Source: an uncultured Bacilli bacterium (lineage in GTDB: Bacteria > Bacillota_I > Bacilli_A > RF39 > UBA660). From it: a stretch of 40,072 bases of DNA. Positions 36,598 to 40,072 of this stretch are shown in pieces; the stretch's first letter is position 1, and the number at the start of each line of letters is the position of its first letter. The notes under the pieces were generated by a model that was not told the DNA's origin, made no database searches, and saw only the letters and a list, made by a program, of their open reading frames with translations. The DNA is taken from assembly GCA_947630955.1 (NCBI GenBank), contig CANRJK010000003.1, positions 1 through 40,072 of the forward strand, written 5' to 3'. The translations under genes were made by a program, and so were the position numbers.

Positions 36598-37271
36598 TTA
36601 GAAAAATAATAACTTTTATTAGAAACTTATTTCTTAAAAACATTTATTTTGTTGGTAGCTTAGATAAATTACCAGAACCTTTAACAAAAGAAGAAGAAGT
36701 CTTTTACGTAAAAAAAGGAACAAAAGAGGCTAAAAATAAATTAATCGAACATAATCTTCGACTTGTTGTTTTTTTAGCTAAAAAATATGAAAATACTGGC
36801 GTCGATTTAGAGGATTTAGTTAGTATTGGAACAATTGGTTTAATTAAAGGTGTTGAAACTTATAATTTAGATAAAAACATTAAACTTGCAACGTATGCAT
36901 CAAGATGTATTGACAACGAAATATTAATGTATTTAAGAAAAAATAAAAAAAGACGTGGTGAGATAAGCTTTGAAGATAGTTTAAGTTATGATTCAGAGGG
37001 GAATGAACTTCATTTAGAAGATATTTTGGGTACAGATGATGATATTGTTACAAGAAATTTAGAAAGAGAAACAGAAAGGAAACTACTTTATGAAGAAATT
37101 GAAAAGTTAAATAAACGAGATAAAGAAATTATGATTATGCGTTATGGTTTAAATAATCAAAAAGAATTAACCCAAAAAGAAGTAGCGCATAAACTAGGAA
37201 TTAGTCAATCTTACATATCACGTATTGAAAAAAAAGTAATTAACAGATTACAGGTTTTAAATAGATATTAG
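36594..37271 (+). CDS. sigE: Sporulation sigma factor pro-SigE
   Basis: YFVGS...LPEPL after a basic pro-peptide; LIEHNLRLVV, EDLVSIGTIGLIK, KLATYASRCIDNEILM and GISQSYISRIEK; follows spoIIGA. Confidence 0.9.
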   Translation: MIRKIITFIRNLFLKNIYFVGSLDKLPEPLTKEEEVFYVKKGTKEAKNKLIEHNLRLVVFLAKKYENTGVDLEDLVSIGTIGLIKGVETYNLDKNIKLATYASRCIDNEILMYLRKNKKRRGEISFEDSLSYDSEGNELHLEDILGTDDDIVTRNLERETERKLLYEEIEKLNKRDKEIMIMRYGLNNQKELTQKEVAHKLGISQSYISRIEKKVINRLQVLNRY

Positions 37272-37292
37272 TTAACTAACTAATATTTTTTT
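37265..37292 (+). terminator. Terminator after sigE
   Basis: ATATTAGTT...AACTAATAT followed by Ts. Confidence 0.5.
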
Positions 37293-37332
37293 ATGTTATA
37301 ATACATATGTAACTTTAATAGGAAGTGATTTT

Positions 37333-38922
37333 ATGTTAATTACCGAAAATGTTGGTTTAAGATTTGGGAAAAGAATCTTATTTGAAAATGTTAATTTGAA
37401 GTTTGAAAATGATAATTGTTATGGAGTAATTGGTGCTAATGGAGCAGGGAAATCAACTTTTCTTAAAATATTAAGTGGTCAGATAGAATCAACTAGTGGA
37501 CAAGTTATTACTGGTAAAGATGAGCGAATATCTTTTTTGATGCAAAACCATAATGCTTATGATGAATACAATGTTATTGATACAGTTATAATGGGTGATA
37601 AACAACTATATGATATAAAAACAGAAAAAGAACAACTTTATATGAAAACTGACTTTACAACCGAAGATGGTATGCGTGCTGGTATTTTAGAAGATTTATT
37701 TCTTAAAAAAAATGGATGGCAAGCTGAAAGTGATGCTGCTATTTTATTAAGTGGTTTAGGAGTAAATATATCTTTACATAACCAAATGATGAAAGATTTA
37801 AAGGAAATAGATAAAGTAAAAGTCATGTTAGCTCAAGCTTTATTTGGTGATCCTGATATTTTACTTTTAGATGAACCTACCAATGGACTTGATTTAGATA
37901 GTAAAAACTGGCTAGAGGAATTTCTTTTAGATTTTAAAAACACAGTTATTGTTATATCTCATGACCGTCATTTTTTAAATAAAATATGTACACATATGGT
38001 TGATATTGATTATGAAAAAATAACTATGTTTGCTGGCAATTATGACTTTTGGTATGAATCTAGTAAATTAATTCAAAAACAAATGCGTGAATCTAATAAG
38101 AAAAAAGAAGAACGTATAGCTGAACTACAAGACTTTATTAGACGCTTTAGCGCTAATGCTTCCAAATCTAAGCAAGCTACAAGTCGTAAAAAGTCATTAG
38201 AAAAAATTAAATTAGAAGAAATTAAGCCAAGTAGTCGTAAATATCCTTATATTAATTTTGAACCAGAAAAATATTTAGGTAAAGAGGGTATTTATTTAGA
38301 TAAAGTTAATAAAAAGATTGATGGTGTTGAGGTCATCAAAAATATGCGTTTAAATATCAAACCAGGTGATAAAATTGCCTTAATTGGAAATAACGAACTT
38401 GCTAAAACAACGCTTTTACGTCTTTTAGCTGGAGATCTAACACCAGATAGTGGGGAAATAAAAATAGGTACGACAGTTACTAGATCTTATTATCCTAAAA
38501 ATAGTGATGCTTATTTTAAAAAAGATATTAATATGATTGAGTGGTTAAGAGAATACTCAGAAAATAAAGATGAAACCTTTGTTAGAAGTTTTTTAGGGAG
38601 AATGTTATTTTCTGGTGATGAAACATTAAAAAAAGTAAGCGTCTTATCAGGTGGTGAAAAGGTACGCTGTATGCTTTCTAAAATGATGTTAGAACATGCT
38701 AATCATCTATTTTTAGATGAACCAACTAATCACTTGGACATGGAATCCATATCGGCTTTAAATGAAGGACTGCAGCATTTTAAAGGTAGTATTGTTTTTG
38801 CCACCTTCGATCAACAATTAATTGAAACTTTAGCGACCAGAATTATTGAAATAAAAGAAGATGGTTCTTATATTGATAAAGAATTAACTTATGAGGAATA
38901 TATGAAACGTTATGGAAAATAG
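37333..38922 (+). CDS. ABC-F family ATPase (YbiT/YkpA-like translation factor)
   Basis: Two NBDs (GANGAGKST and variant GNNELAKTT), LLDEPTN/FLDEPTN, RRFSANASKSKQATSR linker, no TM helices. Confidence 0.9.
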   Translation: MLITENVGLRFGKRILFENVNLKFENDNCYGVIGANGAGKSTFLKILSGQIESTSGQVITGKDERISFLMQNHNAYDEYNVIDTVIMGDKQLYDIKTEKEQLYMKTDFTTEDGMRAGILEDLFLKKNGWQAESDAAILLSGLGVNISLHNQMMKDLKEIDKVKVMLAQALFGDPDILLLDEPTNGLDLDSKNWLEEFLLDFKNTVIVISHDRHFLNKICTHMVDIDYEKITMFAGNYDFWYESSKLIQKQMRESNKKKEERIAELQDFIRRFSANASKSKQATSRKKSLEKIKLEEIKPSSRKYPYINFEPEKYLGKEGIYLDKVNKKIDGVEVIKNMRLNIKPGDKIALIGNNELAKTTLLRLLAGDLTPDSGEIKIGTTVTRSYYPKNSDAYFKKDINMIEWLREYSENKDETFVRSFLGRMLFSGDETLKKVSVLSGGEKVRCMLSKMMLEHANHLFLDEPTNHLDMESISALNEGLQHFKGSIVFATFDQQLIETLATRIIEIKEDGSYIDKELTYEEYMKRYGK

Positions 38923-39604
38923 ACTATTTATTAAAAATAATATTGAGCGAATAAAAAAGGGAAGTTATACAGTCTTTCTAGATCCTATCCAAAGAAAAGA
39001 AATAATTAATGTCTTAAGAAAAAATAATATTTTTTATGAAGAATTTATTCCATTTGAAGATGCTACTAAAACAATAATATATAGTAAAGCAAAACCAGTA
39101 ATTAGTTTATTAAAAATAAATAGTAAGCATTCTTTTAAACATAATGAAATATTAGGGACTTTATTTAGTCACAATATATCACCAACTAAATATGGTGATA
39201 TTATTGTTAGTGATGAAAGCTATTTAATAGTTTTAGATTCAATTAAAAACTATCTTATCTTAAATTTTAATCTTATTGGTAGATATAAAGTTAATCTTGA
39301 AGAAGTAAACCTCAGTATTATTAAAGACTATCATATTGATTACATTGAATTGACCATTTTAACTAATAGTTTAAGATTAGATACAGTTATTTCATCATTA
39401 ATTAATACCAGCAGAAAGAAAACAGAAGAATTGTTAAGTAATAAATTAGTTTTAGTTAACTATAGTATTAACAATAAAAAAGATTATCTATTAAAAGATA
39501 ATGATATTATTAGTATTAGAAAATATGGCAAATACCTTTTTAAAGGCCTTATTAATACAACTAAAAAAGGTAAATATCTAATTAAAATATTAAAATATAA
39601 ATAA
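38912..39604 (+). CDS. ylmH: YlmH-like S4-domain RNA-binding protein
   Basis: FLDP, H..ILG.L, SLRLDTVIS...SR, DIISIRKYGK and TKKGK. Confidence 0.8.
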   Translation: MENRLFIKNNIERIKKGSYTVFLDPIQRKEIINVLRKNNIFYEEFIPFEDATKTIIYSKAKPVISLLKINSKHSFKHNEILGTLFSHNISPTKYGDIIVSDESYLIVLDSIKNYLILNFNLIGRYKVNLEEVNLSIIKDYHIDYIELTILTNSLRLDTVISSLINTSRKKTEELLSNKLVLVNYSINNKKDYLLKDNDIISIRKYGKYLFKGLINTTKKGKYLIKILKYK

Positions 39605-39635
39605 AACAAAACATCAAGAAAAATGTTTTGTTTTT
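39603..39635. terminator. Bidirectional intrinsic terminator
   Basis: AAAACAAAACAT...ATGTTTTGTTTT hairpin with A and T flanks. Confidence 0.6.
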
Positions 39636-39644
39636 CGTCTTTCA

Positions 39645-39828
39645 GTCCTTAAGTTATTTACTTAAGTTCTCATAATTCTAATAAAATAATATCATTTTTT
39701 ATATGAATTGTAAAGCTTTTTTGTTTTCATAAAAGCAATATAAAAAGACTATTTTTATTTTCTATTATTTCTTATATACCCTTTTAATTTCAACAAAGTA
39801 GTTGTCCTTAAGTAAATAACTTAAGGAC
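39645..39828. repeat. Perfect 22-bp inverted repeat pair bounding a 140-bp putative invertible segment
   Basis: GTCCTTAAGTTATTTACTTAAG (39645-39666) is the exact reverse complement of CTTAAGTAAATAACTTAAGGAC (39807-39828). Confidence 0.9.
39686..39714 (-). promoter_or_regulatory. SigmaA promoter inside the invertible segment, facing away from the downstream gene
   Basis: Minus strand reads TTTACA, 17-nt spacer ending TG-a, TATTAT. Confidence 0.65.
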
Positions 39829-39844
39829 ACATTTGGAGGGCAAT

Positions 39845-40072
39845 ATGAAACGAGTAAAAAATAAAAATATGATGGTGTTAATAGTAATTGTTATAGTAAC
39901 GTTAACAAGTAGTATAGGGTATAGCGCTTTACAGTCAAATTTAAAAGTAACAGCTGATTTAAATGTCTTAAAAGACTATATACCAGATGGGACACTATAT
40001 GATATGATGCATCATATATCAGAAATGGATAATGCAAGTAGTAAATATGTAAGTAATCCTAGTGGAGTAGAT
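39845..40072 (+). CDS. 5' part of a secreted/surface protein with a SipW-type signal peptide (truncated by the window end)
   Basis: GGAGGG RBS; open to the window end: MKRVKNKNMMVLIVIVIVTLTSSIGYS|ALQSNLKVTADLNV...; absent from the ORF track, presumably because it has no stop in the window. Confidence 0.8.
   Translation, partial: MKRVKNKNMMVLIVIVIVTLTSSIGYSALQSNLKVTADLNVLKDYIPDGTLYDMMHHISEMDNASSKYVSNPSGVD

Noticed and set aside
1404-37826. The many 60-95-aa antisense or nested ORFs in the track (e.g. 1404-1592, 15076-15354, 17202-17402, 18156-18416, 22133-22417, 33165-33398)
   Set aside because: They overlap well-supported genes, lack convincing RBSs and look like shadow frames of AT-rich codon usage
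37333-38922. Antibiotic-resistance ABC-F, or a pseudogene given the odd second Walker A
   Set aside because: The linker motif matches housekeeping YbiT/YkpA-type proteins and the ORF is intact

Overview
A very AT-rich chromosomal window from a low-GC Firmicute. Gene content and style suggest an uncultured, reduced-genome Bacilli lineage such as RF39 (inference). The backbone is housekeeping: obgE, a TrmH-family methylase, rimM-trmD, rpsB-tsf, yigZ, uvrC, murG-murB-divIB-ftsA-ftsZ, spoIIGA-sigE, an ABC-F ATPase and ylmH. Accessory loci of note: (1) 19792-25467, an apparent operon of five tandem paralogous, Cys-containing TasA/camelysin-like secreted subunits, a SipW (Ser-His) signal peptidase fused to a polytopic membrane domain, and a DUF5305-like membrane protein, i.e. 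a candidate donor-strand fibre/pilus system; (2) 39645-39828, a perfect 22-bp inverted repeat flanking a 140-bp segment with a sigmaA-type promoter that points away from the next gene, which has the same SipW-type N-terminus, i.e. a candidate invertible promoter caught in the OFF state; (3) a HAD phosphatase/acyl-CoA ligase fusion coupled to a PlsC acyltransferase with a large insertion; (4) an Ig-repeat surface protein ending in a phage-RBP/TagC-like propeller; (5) ribosomal protein S2 with a Rho_N-like tail. No rRNA, tRNA, CRISPR array, transposase or recombinase was seen. All family calls come from reading motifs by eye, not from database searches.
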